Shown: positions 1 to 11,301, counted from the first letter of the stretch. The stretch: DNA of 64,000 nucleotides from an uncultured cyanobacterium (GCA_963740315.1 CAVUDP010000002.1:768001-832000), one strand, 5' to 3'. Notes: a model not told the origin generated them from the sequence alone. Made by a program: numbers and translations.

Positions 1-138
1 ATTATTGATTTTAATTTAGCAGGTACCGGGATGCCGAGAGAACTGTTTATTATTCAACTTTTATTATTCTCTACCGAAGAGTATTTTGAGCGGCTATAAA
101 ACAATTTATCGTTTTACTTCCGCTCAACTCAAGTTTGG

Positions 139-501
139 CTAAGATTGTAATTCTTCGCTACGAGAGGAAAGTTCGTTTACTCCACCAGAATTGTTGTTAA
201 CATTACCTAGTTGATCGCGCACTTCATCTATTGTGGCGTTTAACTGAGCAATTTTATCTTCTAGAGAACGTCGCGCTATTTCCATTTCAACTCCGGTTGT
301 CGCCGTAGCTCGCATCTGTCGCCGTTTGGCAGATTTATTATCGTTTGAATTACCCGTTGGTGTTATTTGCTGTTCTTGTTCATCTGTAAATTCTGCCGCA
401 TCGCGTCTTTGGGCTACCAGCGTGCCGATAACGCCACCGACTACGCTACCAAAAATCGCTCCAGCAAAAAATCCACTTGCAAAACCATCACGTTGACTCA
501 T
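139..501 (-). CDS. Conserved cyanobacterial hypothetical protein (Gly-rich N-terminal TM segment plus coiled coil)
   Basis: 120-aa ORF with GFFAGAIFGSVVGGVIG hydrophobic segment and C-terminal RRSLEDKIAQLNATIDEVR coiled coil; directly downstream of upp. Confidence 0.8.
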   Translation of the reverse strand: MSQRDGFASGFFAGAIFGSVVGGVIGTLVAQRRDAAEFTDEQEQQITPTGNSNDNKSAKRRQMRATATTGVEMEIARRSLEDKIAQLNATIDEVRDQLGNVNNNSGGVNELSSRSEELQS

Positions 502-576
502 ATGTTTACCACCTTTAATCGCTACTTCCTACTTTAATCATCGCGGGCAATAGTAGGTACGCCGCCTTATACTTTT

Positions 577-1227
577 TTAAGTACCAAAAGTGCGATCGCC
601 AGCATCTCCTAATCCCGGAACAATAAATCCTTGTTCGTTAACGGTTTCGTCAATTGTTGCAGTATAAACATTTAAGCCTGGATAAGTTGCACTCAATTGT
701 TGCAATGCCATAGGAGATGCAACTACGCAGACAATCCGCGTTAAAGCCGGGTCAACACCCCTTTGAGTTAATTCTGACATTGCAGCCATTATAGAGCCTC
801 CCGTAGCCAGCATGGGGTCGGTAATTAACACTCTGGTTTGGGGGTTGATTTTCTCTGGGAGCTTATTTAGATAACACTGCGGTTGCAAAGTTTCCTCGTT
901 TCGGACTAAACCCAAATGATAAATAGATGCCAAAGGTAGCAAAGTTTGCGCCCCTTCGAGCAATCCTAACCCCGCTCGCAAAATCGGTACCACTGCTACG
1001 GGAATTTCAGGATTAATTAATGTTGCAGGGCATTCTTCTAATGGAGTTTGAACCGTTGTCTCTAAAGTCGGCAACCATTCCCTAGCAGCTTCATAAGTTA
1101 GCCAGCGCCCCAATTCAGTCATCGCCGAACGAAACAATACAGAAGGTGTAGCGGCATCGCGAGCAACTGCCAACCAGTGCTTGATTAAAGGATGCGGTGG
1201 AACATAAACGCGCAATTGTAGCGTCAT
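577..1227 (-). CDS. upp: Uracil phosphoribosyltransferase
   Basis: Motifs VPILRAGL, DPMLATGGS (PRPP binding), GFIVPGLGDAGDR. Confidence 0.97.
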   Translation of the reverse strand: MTLQLRVYVPPHPLIKHWLAVARDAATPSVLFRSAMTELGRWLTYEAAREWLPTLETTVQTPLEECPATLINPEIPVAVVPILRAGLGLLEGAQTLLPLASIYHLGLVRNEETLQPQCYLNKLPEKINPQTRVLITDPMLATGGSIMAAMSELTQRGVDPALTRIVCVVASPMALQQLSATYPGLNVYTATIDETVNEQGFIVPGLGDAGDRTFGT

Positions 1228-1334
1228 AACAAATTACTTAAAACCTTCAATATATACGGTATAACAACTGAAACATCATAATAATACTCTTTAAACCCGG
1301 TGACTAATAACCTACGAGGGGCGATCGCAAACTT

Positions 1335-1411
1335 ATTGAAATTTATCTTCAATTTTTATTGAGAAATATTTTCATTACTAGTTGACATTTATTCTCAATC
1401 AACGCTATATT
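1335..1411 (+). promoter_or_regulatory. IsaR1 promoter with three tandem Fur-like boxes
   Basis: 19-bp near-palindromes ATTGAAATTTATCTTCAAT (1335-1353), ATTGAGAAATATTTTCATT (1358-1376), GTTGACATTTATTCTCAAT (1381-1399); -35 TTGACA 1382-1387 and -10 TATATT 1406-1411. Confidence 0.75.
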
Positions 1412-1417
1412 AATTTC

Positions 1418-1487
1418 CAGTGTTCTCCTCTCTTTAAGGAACGGCAGACGGGATTGGTCGGCAGTTGCGGACTTGTCCCTCTTTTTT
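1418..1487 (+). ncRNA. isaR1: IsaR1 iron-stress-activated small RNA
   Basis: CAGTGTTCTCCTCTCTTTAAGGAACGGCAGACGGGA matches my recollection of the IsaR1 5' region; GGGA...TCCC terminator hairpin followed by a T-run; position divergent from upp and upstream of crtH; Fur-like boxes upstream. Confidence 0.85.
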
Positions 1488-1647
1488 ATTTTGGATTTTA
1501 GATTTTGGATTTTAGATTATTCTAAATTAGGAGTTGTAAATTATTTCCCCCCATCCCCCCATCCCCCCATCCCCTTGTCTCCTCATCTCCCCCGAACCCC
1601 ATCTCCCCCGAACCCCATCACCTTGTCCCCTTTAATAAGAATTAATC

Positions 1648-3135
1648 ATGTACGACGCGATTATAATTGGTTCGGGTATTGGTGGTTTGGTGACTGCGAC
1701 TCAGTTAGTGGCGAAAGGTGCGAAAGTGCTGGTTTTAGAGGGATATACTATTCCCGGTGGTAGTTCTGGCTATTTTGAGCGACAAGGCTATCGCTTTGAT
1801 GTAGGGGCTTCGATGATTTTTGGATTTGGGGATAAAGGAACGACTAATTTACTTACCCGTGCGCTACAAGCTGTAGATGTTAGTTTGGAAACTATTCCCG
1901 ATAACGTACAAATTCACTATCATTTACCCAACTCTTTAGATTTAAAAGTCGAACGAGATTATGAAAAGTTTTTACAAAATTTAATTGCATATTTTCCTTA
2001 CGAAAGCGAAGGAATTCGTCGTTTTTATGATGAGTGTTGGAAAGTTTTTAATTGCTTAAATCAAATGGAGTTGCTGTCTTTAGAAGAACCCCGGTATTTA
2101 ATGCGGGCGTTTTTTGAGCATCCATTGGCTTGTTTGGGTTTGGCGAAGTACCTACCGCAAAATGTAGGAGATATAGCGCGACGATATATTAAAGACCCGG
2201 AATTATTAAAGTTTATTGATATAGAATGCTATTGCTGGTCGGTGGTAAGAGCCGATATGACACCGATGATTAATGCTGGGATGGTGTTTTCCGACAGACA
2301 TTATGGTGGAGTTAACTATCCTAAAGGTGGTGTAGGACAAATTGCTCAAAAATTGGTAGAAGGTTTAATTAAAAAGGGTGGGGAAATCAAATATCAAGCC
2401 AGGGTTACGCAAATACTTAAAGAGAAAGGAAAAGTTGTTGGCGTAAAACTGGCAAACGATCGAGAGTATCGCGCTAAACGTGTGATTTCCAACGCTACCC
2501 GGTGGAATACATTTGAGAAACTGCTTGCACCAGTCGAAATACCAGCTAATGAAAAAAGATGGCAACAGCGATATCAAAAGTCGCCTAGTTTTTTTAGCTT
2601 GCATATGGGAGTGAATGCAGAATTGCTATCTCCTCAAACGGAATGTCATCACATTTTATTGTCGGATTGGGAGCAAATGACGGCTTCAGAAGGGACAATT
2701 TTTGTTTCAATTCCCACATTACTCGACCCAGAATTAGCTCCAAAGGGATATCATATCATTCATGCGTTCGCTACACATTGGATTGATGAATGGCAGAATT
2801 TATCCGAGAAAGAATACGAAGCCAAGAAAGAAGCTACAGCTTGGCGGATTGTAGATAAATTAGAAAAGATATTTCCGGGGATAGATGCGAATTTAGATTA
2901 TTTAGAAGCGGGAACACCAAAAACCCATCGGCGATATTTGGGAAGGGTTGATGGTACCTATGGACCAATTCCGAGAAAGAAGTTACGGGGATTGTTGGGA
3001 ATGCCGTTTAATCGAACTGCGATCGAAGGATTATATGTTGTCGGAGATAGTACATTTCCGGGGCAAGGGTTGAATGCGGTAGCGTTTTCCGGGTTTGCTT
3101 GCGCTCATCGGGTGGCGGTGGATTTGGGGTTGTAG
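1648..3135 (+). CDS. crtH: Carotenoid isomerase CrtH
   Basis: [12 protein letters not shown] motif, [13 protein letters not shown]-terminal [23 protein letters not shown]. Confidence 0.93.
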   Translation: MYDAIIIGSGIGGLVTATQLVAKGAKVLVLEGYTIPGGSSGYFERQGYRFDVGASMIFGFGDKGTTNLLTRALQAVDVSLETIPDNVQIHYHLPNSLDLKVERDYEKFLQNLIAYFPYESEGIRRFYDECWKVFNCLNQMELLSLEEPRYLMRAFFEHPLACLGLAKYLPQNVGDIARRYIKDPELLKFIDIECYCWSVVRADMTPMINAGMVFSDRHYGGVNYPKGGVGQIAQKLVEGLIKKGGEIKYQARVTQILKEKGKVVGVKLANDREYRAKRVISNATRWNTFEKLLAPVEIPANEKRWQQRYQKSPSFFSLHMGVNAELLSPQTECHHILLSDWEQMTASEGTIFVSIPTLLDPELAPKGYHIIHAFATHWIDEWQNLSEKEYEAKKEATAWRIVDKLEKIFPGIDANLDYLEAGTPKTHRRYLGRVDGTYGPIPRKKLRGLLGMPFNRTAIEGLYVVGDSTFPGQGLNAVAFSGFACAHRVAVDLGL

Positions 3136-3225
3136 GTTGGGAATAAAGAATGTGATTTTGGCAAACAAACAATATTAACTACATTGAGCCGTATAATATA
3201 TTTTTAATAAAAGGAAAATTAGCAG

Positions 3226-4428
3226 TTGAAATTCGATAAACCGATTTCGCAGGAACTTTTAAACATTACTGAAAAAAAACGTTCCAATTTATTTTCTTGG
3301 CGAGGTCAATTTTCGCCACAATTAATAGAAGCAATTTTTGAAGCATACTGTTTACCTAATTCAGTAGTTCTCGATCCTTTTGTAGGTAGTGGAACTGTTT
3401 TATTAGAAGCGGGTGCTTGTTGCCTTGAAGCATATGGTGTCGAGATAAATCCAGCAGCTTGGATGCTTAGTAAAACCTATGAGTTTATCAATAAACCCGA
3501 TCGGCAAAATATTATAAATCAGATTAGAGAATATATAAATCAAGAATTTCCGTACAAAATTTTGATAGATACGGATAAAGTAATTGATAATTTAGAAGAT
3601 AAAGTTGATCGGATAAAAAATCTATTGAGTGAAGATACAGAAAAATTATTTAATACGTTAGTAATTTTACTAGATGTTGCCAACAACAAAATTACTAACA
3701 ACTTAATTCAAAGCAAACTTTTTGAATTAGTACAATCAGTAGAAAATTTGCCCTCCTCTGATAAAAAGATTGAAGCTTATCTATCTGACTGTAGGTATAT
3801 CCCTTTAGAAGATAATATAATAGACTTTGTTGTAACTTCTCCACCTTATATAAACGTCTTCAACTATCATCAAAATTATAGAAAATCTGCTGAGATTTTA
3901 GGATGGGATTTGCTTAAAATAGCTAAATCTGAAATTGGAGCTAATAGAGCTAATAGAGTTAATCGTTTTTATACAGTTGTACAGTATTGCTTAGATATTG
4001 CAGAGACTTTAAAGGAAATATCAAGGGTAAGTAAAAAAGATGCACGTATTGTATTTGTAGTAGGTTATGAATCCCAAGTTCTTGGAGTACCTTTTTATAA
4101 TGCCGATATTATTGAAAAGATTGGAATTAAATCTGGGATGTATGCAAAAGTTTTAAGGCAAAAAAGGGAGTTTAAAAATAAATTTGGCAAAATTATTAGA
4201 GAAGATTTAATTAATTTTTGTAATTTAAAAATTGAATGTACGGAAGAAATTATTGATGATATTGCGAGACAAATAGCTTTAGACGTTTTAAAAACAGGGA
4301 TTAATTTAGTTCCCAAAAAAAATTTAGAATCTTTAGAAAATGCTATTGAAAAAGTAATGCTTATTAAAAGTACACCCAAGTTAGATCGAAGACAATATAT
4401 CTATCAATTACAACAAGCTATTTTATAG
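3226..4428 (+). CDS. Type II R-M amino-DNA methyltransferase (probably N4-cytosine)
   Basis: DPFVGSGT (motif I) precedes TSPPY (motif IV); TTG start; adjacent to an endonuclease gene. Confidence 0.85.
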   Translation: MKFDKPISQELLNITEKKRSNLFSWRGQFSPQLIEAIFEAYCLPNSVVLDPFVGSGTVLLEAGACCLEAYGVEINPAAWMLSKTYEFINKPDRQNIINQIREYINQEFPYKILIDTDKVIDNLEDKVDRIKNLLSEDTEKLFNTLVILLDVANNKITNNLIQSKLFELVQSVENLPSSDKKIEAYLSDCRYIPLEDNIIDFVVTSPPYINVFNYHQNYRKSAEILGWDLLKIAKSEIGANRANRVNRFYTVVQYCLDIAETLKEISRVSKKDARIVFVVGYESQVLGVPFYNADIIEKIGIKSGMYAKVLRQKREFKNKFGKIIREDLINFCNLKIECTEEIIDDIARQIALDVLKTGINLVPKKNLESLENAIEKVMLIKSTPKLDRRQYIYQLQQAIL

Positions 4429-4464
4429 GAATTCGAGTTTATAAAATATAGTAATTATCTAATT

Positions 4465-5373
4465 ATGCCCGAATCTCGCCCACATTATGGAAAATTAATT
4501 GCTTGTCTTGAAAATCCCCGACTTCCGGAAGCTGATAAAGAATGTTTAGAAGAGGCTATTATAAAATATCATGAATGGATTAGTGAACTGGAATCGGTCG
4601 AATGCGGTCAAATAGATACAGTAGAAAAGTTAGTAGAAATTACAAATAAATATAAAGGTTTTATTGAGCTTGACTTAATATTTGATAGTACAGAAAATTT
4701 TTTATATAGGCAAAAAGGTCAACTCAAGTTAGATAATACTATTTTAGAAGAATTTTTACCCCAACTTGTTTTTCGTAGCTTAAGAGGGATAGACGAATCT
4801 TTCGAGCTTGGCCCTAGAAATACGTTTGCGGGGCTTAGTTTTTTGTCATCCGTTGGTAATCCCGGTGAAGGTGGAGAACCGAATATTAGAACAAAGAATC
4901 AAGACTTTATTTTGGGAAAGAAGTTATATCTTAAAACATCTTTCGATGCGGATTTTAAAAATTACAAACTAATTGAATCTCATCTTGGCTATGTATGTGC
5001 AGAATGTAAAACAAATTTAGATAAAACTATGTTTCAGGAAGCAGTTGCAACAAGTAGAGATTTAAAAATAGCTGTTCCAGGTTCTCTATACTTTTTAATT
5101 TGTGAGTTTTTAGATATGACACCAGTTTCAATCATCTCAACTCAGATTGATGATGTTCTAATAGTGCGTAAAGCAAAACGTATGTCTTCCAATATTAGGC
5201 AGGAATTTCGGACACCAGAGGCAAGACGCATTCACAGACAAGAATACATTGAATTTTTAGATGCTTCTAAATACTATCCCGACGTATTTCAGAGAATGAT
5301 AAGCAAAATTCAAACTTTAGTTGATGATACAAGCCCATCTGTAGATAAGGTTTTGAATCAAGGACATTTTTAG
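4465..5373 (+). CDS. Bpu10I-family Type II restriction endonuclease
   Basis: RQKGQLKLDNTILEEF and KNQDF...AECKTNLDKTMFQEA motifs as in the Bpu10I/BbvCI/Bsu36I/BlpI group; follows the methyltransferase. Confidence 0.82.
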   Translation: MPESRPHYGKLIACLENPRLPEADKECLEEAIIKYHEWISELESVECGQIDTVEKLVEITNKYKGFIELDLIFDSTENFLYRQKGQLKLDNTILEEFLPQLVFRSLRGIDESFELGPRNTFAGLSFLSSVGNPGEGGEPNIRTKNQDFILGKKLYLKTSFDADFKNYKLIESHLGYVCAECKTNLDKTMFQEAVATSRDLKIAVPGSLYFLICEFLDMTPVSIISTQIDDVLIVRKAKRMSSNIRQEFRTPEARRIHRQEYIEFLDASKYYPDVFQRMISKIQTLVDDTSPSVDKVLNQGHF

Positions 5374-6275
5374 AAACCTTTTGACTTTCTTAAAACCAAT
5401 TCCGCAACCTCTCCCGGCTGCTCCAATTGGGGAGTATGTCCGCATTTCAACCAAATTAATTGACTCTGCGCGATCGCTCTTTTAAATTTATCAGCATCTT
5501 CTATACCCAAAGTTTCGTCTTTTTCTCCCCACAAAATCATTGTCGGTTTGGAAATCTCTTTAATTCGCGGTGCTATTTCGCTGTAACCACCACTTTTGGT
5601 AAAACTTATCGTCGCTTCGTGCCAGTTGGGCATATCTAAGTGTAAAGCAGCGCATTGCAAGGATGTAAGTTCGGCATCTGTCAAGTTACCGAAATCACTA
5701 AAGAAAAGCGGTTGAAGTTTGCGTTGTCGCCAATATTCTACAGCCAAATAATCAAAGGGAGGAAACAAAAATCGCCCTTGAGGAAAGCTACCGGAGTAAC
5801 CAACGCTGTTAATTAAAACTAGTTGATGAACTGAATCTGGATAAGTAAGTGTAAAATCAATAGCTGTTGCACCTCCCATTGAAGCACCAACTAAAATTAC
5901 TGGTTGCTTAATTTGCGTTTTCCAAAAGTGGTAAAGATGGGTTTTGATGGTGGCTGGTGAATAGTTAATATTTTTGAGTCTTTCTGTAAAACCGAAACCA
6001 AGTAAATCAACTGCCCAAGTTTCGTTTTTGGCAGCGAGTAATGGTATAAGTAAACGAAATTCTAATAAGGAACTCTCGAAGCCATGCAGCAGTAAAATTG
6101 GTATTCCGCTGTTGCCTTGATGGATGTAGGCTGTTGAAATTGGTTGCGAGTTTAGAGGTGTGGTTATGGGAATTTTTTTGATGTTTTGAAATAGGTTTAA
6201 AGAGTATGGATCTTTAAGTTTTGATATATTAATTTCTGATAGGGATTCATGCATAGATTCTAATATTAATTTCAA
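5370..6275 (-). CDS. Alpha/beta fold hydrolase
   Basis: LLLHGF, DLLGFG, GASMGG nucleophile elbow, WGEKD, GHTPQLE. Confidence 0.9.
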   Translation of the reverse strand: MKLILESMHESLSEINISKLKDPYSLNLFQNIKKIPITTPLNSQPISTAYIHQGNSGIPILLLHGFESSLLEFRLLIPLLAAKNETWAVDLLGFGFTERLKNINYSPATIKTHLYHFWKTQIKQPVILVGASMGGATAIDFTLTYPDSVHQLVLINSVGYSGSFPQGRFLFPPFDYLAVEYWRQRKLQPLFFSDFGNLTDAELTSLQCAALHLDMPNWHEATISFTKSGGYSEIAPRIKEISKPTMILWGEKDETLGIEDADKFKRAIAQSQLIWLKCGHTPQLEQPGEVAELVLRKSKGF

Positions 6276-6280
6276 TTAGT

Positions 6281-6332
6281 TTGTAGTAAGAGCTTTAGCT
6301 CTTAATAATAAGGAGTAAACTCCTTACTACAA
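6281..6332. repeat. GTAG-type REP doublet (TGTAGTAAG...CTTACTAC); related copies near 14596-14648, 18347-18424, 46608-46662
   Basis: Inverted GTAGTAAG/CTTACTAC ends with internal hairpins, recurring in intergenic regions. Confidence 0.7.
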
Positions 6333-6344
6333 ACTTTTTTCGTC

Positions 6345-7514
6345 TTAAACTATTTTAATTTTATCGGCAGCAATTTTGGCTTTTTCTCGCGCTTCTTCAA
6401 CGTTGCTTCCTTTAGCTAAAGCTACTCCCATACGTCGATATTTATGAGCGCTGGGTTTACCAAATAATTTAATATCAACGTCTTTTTCTGCAAGTGCTTC
6501 GGCTACACCTGTATAACTAATATTATCAGATTTCTCTTCAGCTAAAATTACCGCGCTGGCTGAAGGTGCAAACTGTTCTATGTTGGGAATTGGTAAACCT
6601 AAAATTGCTCTTAAATGTAGTTCAAATTCATTCAAGTTTTGCGATATTAATGTTACCATTCCGGTGTCGTGGGGTCTGGGTGAAAGTTCGGAAAATATAA
6701 CTTCATTTTTAGTAATAAAAAATTCTACACCAAAAATTCCCGCACCTCCTAAAGCATCTGTTACTTTTGTGGCGATTTCTTGAGCTTGTAACGTCATTTC
6801 TGGTAAAATTCCCGCAGGTTGCCAAGATTCTTGATAATCACCTCTTTCTTGACGATGACCGATAGGAGAACAGAAAATAGTGGGAGCGTTCCATTGTTTG
6901 ATAGTTAATAAAGTAATTTCAATTTCAAAGTCGATAAACTCTTCTACAATTACTCTTTGACTATCGCCACGAGAACCAGAACTTGCATAATCCCAAGCTT
7001 TGGCAACGTCTTGTTTATCTTTAACTATAGATTGTCCTTTGCCCGAAGATGACATTACTGGTTTAACTACGTTGGGAAAACCAATTTCATTACTAATATC
7101 TATCAATTCATTTAAAGATGACGCATAACCATATTTTGCAGTACGAACACCTAACTCTGTATGCGCTAACTCCCTGATTCTATCGCGATTCATTGTATAA
7201 TTCGTCGCCGCTGCCGTGGGAATTACAGTAATACCACGTTGTTCAAATTCTGCTAACTTTTCGGTTCTAATTGCTTCAATTTCCGGTACAATAAAATCTG
7301 GTTGATATTTGCTGACAACAGCTTCCAAATCGTCAGCATTCAACATAGAAATTACTTCACAACAGTCGGCAACCTGCATTGCTGGAGCATCTTTGTAGCG
7401 ATCGACGGCAATGACAAAATTCCCCAAACGTTGAGCAGCTATAACAAATTCTTTACCCAATTCTCCCGAACCGAGAAGCATGATTTTTTGTGGTAATTTT
7501 ATAGATTTTGTCAT
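6345..7514 (-). CDS. purT: Formate-dependent phosphoribosylglycinamide formyltransferase
   Basis: [42 protein letters not shown]. Confidence 0.97.
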   Translation of the reverse strand: MTKSIKLPQKIMLLGSGELGKEFVIAAQRLGNFVIAVDRYKDAPAMQVADCCEVISMLNADDLEAVVSKYQPDFIVPEIEAIRTEKLAEFEQRGITVIPTAAATNYTMNRDRIRELAHTELGVRTAKYGYASSLNELIDISNEIGFPNVVKPVMSSSGKGQSIVKDKQDVAKAWDYASSGSRGDSQRVIVEEFIDFEIEITLLTIKQWNAPTIFCSPIGHRQERGDYQESWQPAGILPEMTLQAQEIATKVTDALGGAGIFGVEFFITKNEVIFSELSPRPHDTGMVTLISQNLNEFELHLRAILGLPIPNIEQFAPSASAVILAEEKSDNISYTGVAEALAEKDVDIKLFGKPSAHKYRRMGVALAKGSNVEEAREKAKIAADKIKIV

Positions 7515-7926
7515 TAATTTAATTAGATTGATTTTTAATATTAGAGTAGGTAATTAATCCGGCGTTAAATATCATCTGACTAATGTTTGATTTTTCTACC
7601 GTCAATTTGTAAATCTTTACGTTTTATACCAATTCACTTTCATAGATTCATATTTATGAGATAAAAAATATAGGTAGTATTTTAAATTACAACACACTTG
7701 TTGAAAAAAAGGCTAAAATTACATAGAAGCTTTGCACAAGTAAGTTATAAATTGACTTGACTTTTGCGGTATTTTCTGGTTTAAGGGTGATGCAAACAGA
7801 ATTACAGACTTCCCGTGTTTCTACCAAATCGCAAGTAAATCTACCTAAATCGAAGTGCCAAACGTTATTTTTCTCTTGCTGAAGGGAATTATAAGTAGAG
7901 GTTTATTTAGTTGTTTTTTGGAGTAA

Positions 7927-8502
7927 ATGAAAATGTTGAAGATTACTCGGCTAAAGGCGAATTTGACAAAAGTGTTCCCAGGGCTTGGAGTTGTTTTAGG
8001 AACAGCAGTAATGTTGGGTGGAATGGAAATAACCCAATTTTCAAGCAATTCCGATAATGTTCCCGATTCTTTAATTACGCTAAGTTCAAAACCTGTAAAT
8101 GCAGCTTCAGATGTTGCTGCGATCGAGAAATCGGTGCATCAACAAATTAATCAATATCGACGTAAGAAAGGCTTACCAGCGTTGAAATTGAACGGTAGTG
8201 TAAGCGCGATCGCCAGACAACACAGTAAACAAATGGCAGATAAGCAAGTTCCTTTCGGACATAATGGTTCAAAGTCTCGCTATCAAAAGATTTCTAAGTT
8301 AATTCGCTGGCGTGGTGTAGCGGAAAATGTTGCTTACAATCAGGGTTATCAGAATCCAGGAAAATCTGCGGTTGAGGGTTGGATTAAAAGTCCCGGTCAT
8401 CAGCGAAATATGGTAGGTAAATATGGGGTAACTGGTATTGGTGTGGCGAAGAATTCTAAGGGTGAGTATTATTTCACTCAGCTTTTTGTTAATCAGCGGT
8501 AG
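7927..8502 (+). CDS. CAP/SCP domain-containing exported protein
   Basis: N-terminal hydrophobic segment; INQYR, HSKQMA, AENVA, WIKSPGHQRNM, GIGVA...YFTQLF. Confidence 0.9.
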   Translation: MKMLKITRLKANLTKVFPGLGVVLGTAVMLGGMEITQFSSNSDNVPDSLITLSSKPVNAASDVAAIEKSVHQQINQYRRKKGLPALKLNGSVSAIARQHSKQMADKQVPFGHNGSKSRYQKISKLIRWRGVAENVAYNQGYQNPGKSAVEGWIKSPGHQRNMVGKYGVTGIGVAKNSKGEYYFTQLFVNQR

Positions 8503-8624
8503 GTAATCAAACTTTAAATAAGCCCCCCAATAATACGGGGGGTTGGGGGGATCTAAATGTGTGAAATAGCATTAGATTCTTGTTACCAATCGACATTTAG
8601 GGAGACGTAGCAGTGCGGAGCTCT

Positions 8625-9446
8625 CTACATTTTTAATATTTTTTCCCGCAATTTCTCTACAACAGCTTTCTCTTCTTCAGATAAACTCCCATCAAATAAA
8701 AGCTGATATATTAACGGTAATCCTAAATCTAGCTGTTCTAAAAGTTCCCCTTGAGCAAATATATCTTCGGGTTTACCTTCTGTAATTAATTCTCCTTTAT
8801 CCATGACAAATATCCAGTCAGCCCAACGATAAACTAAATCCAAATCGTGGGTGGACATTAATAATGTTGTACCGTGTTGATGAATTTTATCCAGGGTTTT
8901 AATTAGTTGACGGGTATGTTTAATATCTAAATATGCAGTCGGCTCGTCTAATAATAATAACTTGGGTCGGAGTACCATTACGTCTGCAATGGAAACTCGT
9001 TTTTTTTGCCCCAAGCTGAGATGATGTACTGGTCTTTGTGCCAATTCTTCTAATTCAAATTCTACTAATATTTCTTCTACTCTCGCCTGAATTTCTTTGG
9101 GGGGTAAATTCAAATTACACAAGCCGTAAGAAATATCTTCTTCAATTGTAGAAGCTACTAATTGCTGTTCTGGATCTTGAAAAATTAATCCGACTTGCTG
9201 TCGTAAATTGCTCAAATATTTGCGATCGTAACGTAACGGTTTACCGTGCCAGCGTACTATACCACTCGACGGTTTATATAAACCATTTGCTAATAAGAAT
9301 AATGTGGTTTTTCCACAGCCATTCTGACCTATAAGCGCACATTTTTTACCAGATGGAATATTTAATGTTAAACCGTTGAGAGAAGATTCTCTAGCACCGG
9401 GATAGGTGTAATAAACCTGCTCAAATTCAAGTAAATATTCTTGCAT
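8625..9446 (-). CDS. cbiO: Cobalt ECF transporter ATPase
   Basis: GQNGCGKT Walker A, LSLGQKKR, LLLDEPT; last gene of cbiMNQO. Confidence 0.9.
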   Translation of the reverse strand: MQEYLLEFEQVYYTYPGARESSLNGLTLNIPSGKKCALIGQNGCGKTTLFLLANGLYKPSSGIVRWHGKPLRYDRKYLSNLRQQVGLIFQDPEQQLVASTIEEDISYGLCNLNLPPKEIQARVEEILVEFELEELAQRPVHHLSLGQKKRVSIADVMVLRPKLLLLDEPTAYLDIKHTRQLIKTLDKIHQHGTTLLMSTHDLDLVYRWADWIFVMDKGELITEGKPEDIFAQGELLEQLDLGLPLIYQLLFDGSLSEEEKAVVEKLREKILKM

Positions 9447-10233
9447 TCAGCCACCATTCCAATGCTATCAAGATTACACAACCGATTATTGCTTCTAGGA
9501 TGTACCGTTTTGAAGGGCGATCGCGACGGGGAGCATAAACCCTAAATTCTCCGCTCATTCCTCGTGATTCTAATCCTAAAGAAAACTGACTGTATTTTTG
9601 CAAGGTTCGCTTTAAAAGTTGCCCTACTAACAACGCTAAACTTTTAATGCTGGTACGAAAATCGCGGTAGCCAAGACGAGATTTTTGAGCAATGGATAAG
9701 TCGGTGGCTGTATCCCATAAAATAAAAATAAACCGATACATTAATAATAATAGTTCAATTAGCAGCGTCGGAAACTTGAATCGGCGCAGAGTTTGCAGTA
9801 CTTCCGTAAATGGAACGGTTAGCATTAAAAAATATAGACAAGAAACAGAAGCAAAAGCTCTAGTAAATATAGCTAATGCTTGATAAAATCCACTACTACT
9901 TATATATATATAGTAAAATCCTAAATTTAAACCTTGCCAAGAATCACTTTGCACTTTATAAATATCTGCAACAGAAACACCGTTAATAATTAAAGCTGGT
10001 AAACTAGTCAGCCAAAAAAAGCTGGCAACTGCTAATATTCTAAGATAAATACAGAGAGGAATTTTTGCATAAACAACCGTCCAAATACCCATCCACACCG
10101 CGATCGTAATTTGTACTGGTGGATGGGTACAAAGGGAAATTAACAAAGTTGTTAGAGCAAAAAATAATTTGTGTTCTGGTGGCAATCCTCGCAGTCGGTT
10201 AGTGTAAGCTAAAGTATCGAGTTTTAAGCTCAT
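9427..10233 (-). CDS. cbiQ: Cobalt ECF transporter T component
   Basis: Multi-TM protein with LMYRFIFIL, AQKSRLG and LESRG motifs. Confidence 0.9.
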   Translation of the reverse strand: MSLKLDTLAYTNRLRGLPPEHKLFFALTTLLISLCTHPPVQITIAVWMGIWTVVYAKIPLCIYLRILAVASFFWLTSLPALIINGVSVADIYKVQSDSWQGLNLGFYYIYISSSGFYQALAIFTRAFASVSCLYFLMLTVPFTEVLQTLRRFKFPTLLIELLLLMYRFIFILWDTATDLSIAQKSRLGYRDFRTSIKSLALLVGQLLKRTLQKYSQFSLGLESRGMSGEFRVYAPRRDRPSKRYILEAIIGCVILIALEWWLNARIFT

Positions 10234-10535
10234 TCTTCACGTTGCTTTTCACTACGCCCGCGATACAATCCTATTGAGTAACCAATTAAACCCGCACCCA
10301 AAGCAGCTTGAGAAGAAAATAATAAACTTTCAATTTCACCGCTGGGGGGTTCAAATACAGGTTGAAACCAAGGCTTATATTCTGGTTCAATCTTAGTAAT
10401 TGCTTCTTGGGCTTCACCATCGGCACCACCATATTCTCCTTTCACAAATATTAATGGTGCGATCGCTAAAACAACAACTGCTGATATCAACAGCCAATTA
10501 TTCCATCCGCGATTAGACTGACTTGATTGTTTCAT
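10230..10535 (-). CDS. cbiN: Cobalt transport protein CbiN
   Basis: [34 protein letters not shown]. Confidence 0.93.
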   Translation of the reverse strand: MKQSSQSNRGWNNWLLISAVVVLAIAPLIFVKGEYGGADGEAQEAITKIEPEYKPWFQPVFEPPSGEIESLLFSSQAALGAGLIGYSIGLYRGRSEKQREE

Positions 10536-11301
10536 TTCGAGGCTCCCGCTTAATTAAATTCAATAATTCTAATTCTTGTGGGTTGTAAGATTCCAGCCAA
10601 TTCCACACCAATACTGTCAATAAACCTTCACTAATTGCTAAAGGAACTTGAGTAATCGCAAAAATTCCCGCAAATTTAGCAAAGGAAGCCATCACACCAC
10701 CAACTTCTGCGGGGAAAGCTAGAGCTAATTGTCCGGAAGTAATAATATAAGTCAATAAATTTGCTAAAGCTGCGGCTAAAAATATCGCTAACCTTTGGTT
10801 TTCCGACAGTTTCATCGTTAATCGATAAATCCAGAAAGCAGCAAAAGGTCCGGCGATCGCCATCGAGAATGCATTAGCGCCCAATGTTGTCAAGCCCCCG
10901 TGTGCCAGTAATAGAGCCTGAAACAGCAGTACCAAAGTGCCCAAAACCGACATTGCCAAAGGACCAAATAATACCGCACCCAACCCCGTACCCGTGGGGT
11001 GCGAACAGCTACCCGTTACCGAAGGAATTTTGAGAGCAGAAAGCACAAAAGCAAAAGCACCAGCTAAACCCAAAAGCAGTTTAAGTTGGGGTTTTTCTTT
11101 GGTGATGCGAGTTAAGGATATTAAACCCAAAATCATGAAAGGTAAAGAAACAGCCCACCAAAAAGCAGCCCAATAAAATGGTAGAAAACCTTCCATTATA
11201 TGCATTGCATAAGCAGGTTTTGGTACACCAATTACCAAATATAAGCTTATTAACGCTATTCCTAATAAATTCAGTCGTTTGAGATTTTTGCGGATTCCCA
11301 T
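10513..11301 (-). CDS. cbiM: Cobalt ECF transporter S component
   Basis: Signal peptide followed by [19 protein letters not shown] and [11 protein letters not shown] motifs. Confidence 0.95.
   Translation of the reverse strand: MGIRKNLKRLNLLGIALISLYLVIGVPKPAYAMHIMEGFLPFYWAAFWWAVSLPFMILGLISLTRITKEKPQLKLLLGLAGAFAFVLSALKIPSVTGSCSHPTGTGLGAVLFGPLAMSVLGTLVLLFQALLLAHGGLTTLGANAFSMAIAGPFAAFWIYRLTMKLSENQRLAIFLAAALANLLTYIITSGQLALAFPAEVGGVMASFAKFAGIFAITQVPLAISEGLLTVLVWNWLESYNPQELELLNLIKREPRNETIKSV

Noticed and set aside
1473..1763. 96-aa ORF overlapping the crtH start
   Set aside because: Consists of translated STRR tracts (ILDFRFWILD, PHPPIP) and overlaps the IsaR1 terminator and crtH
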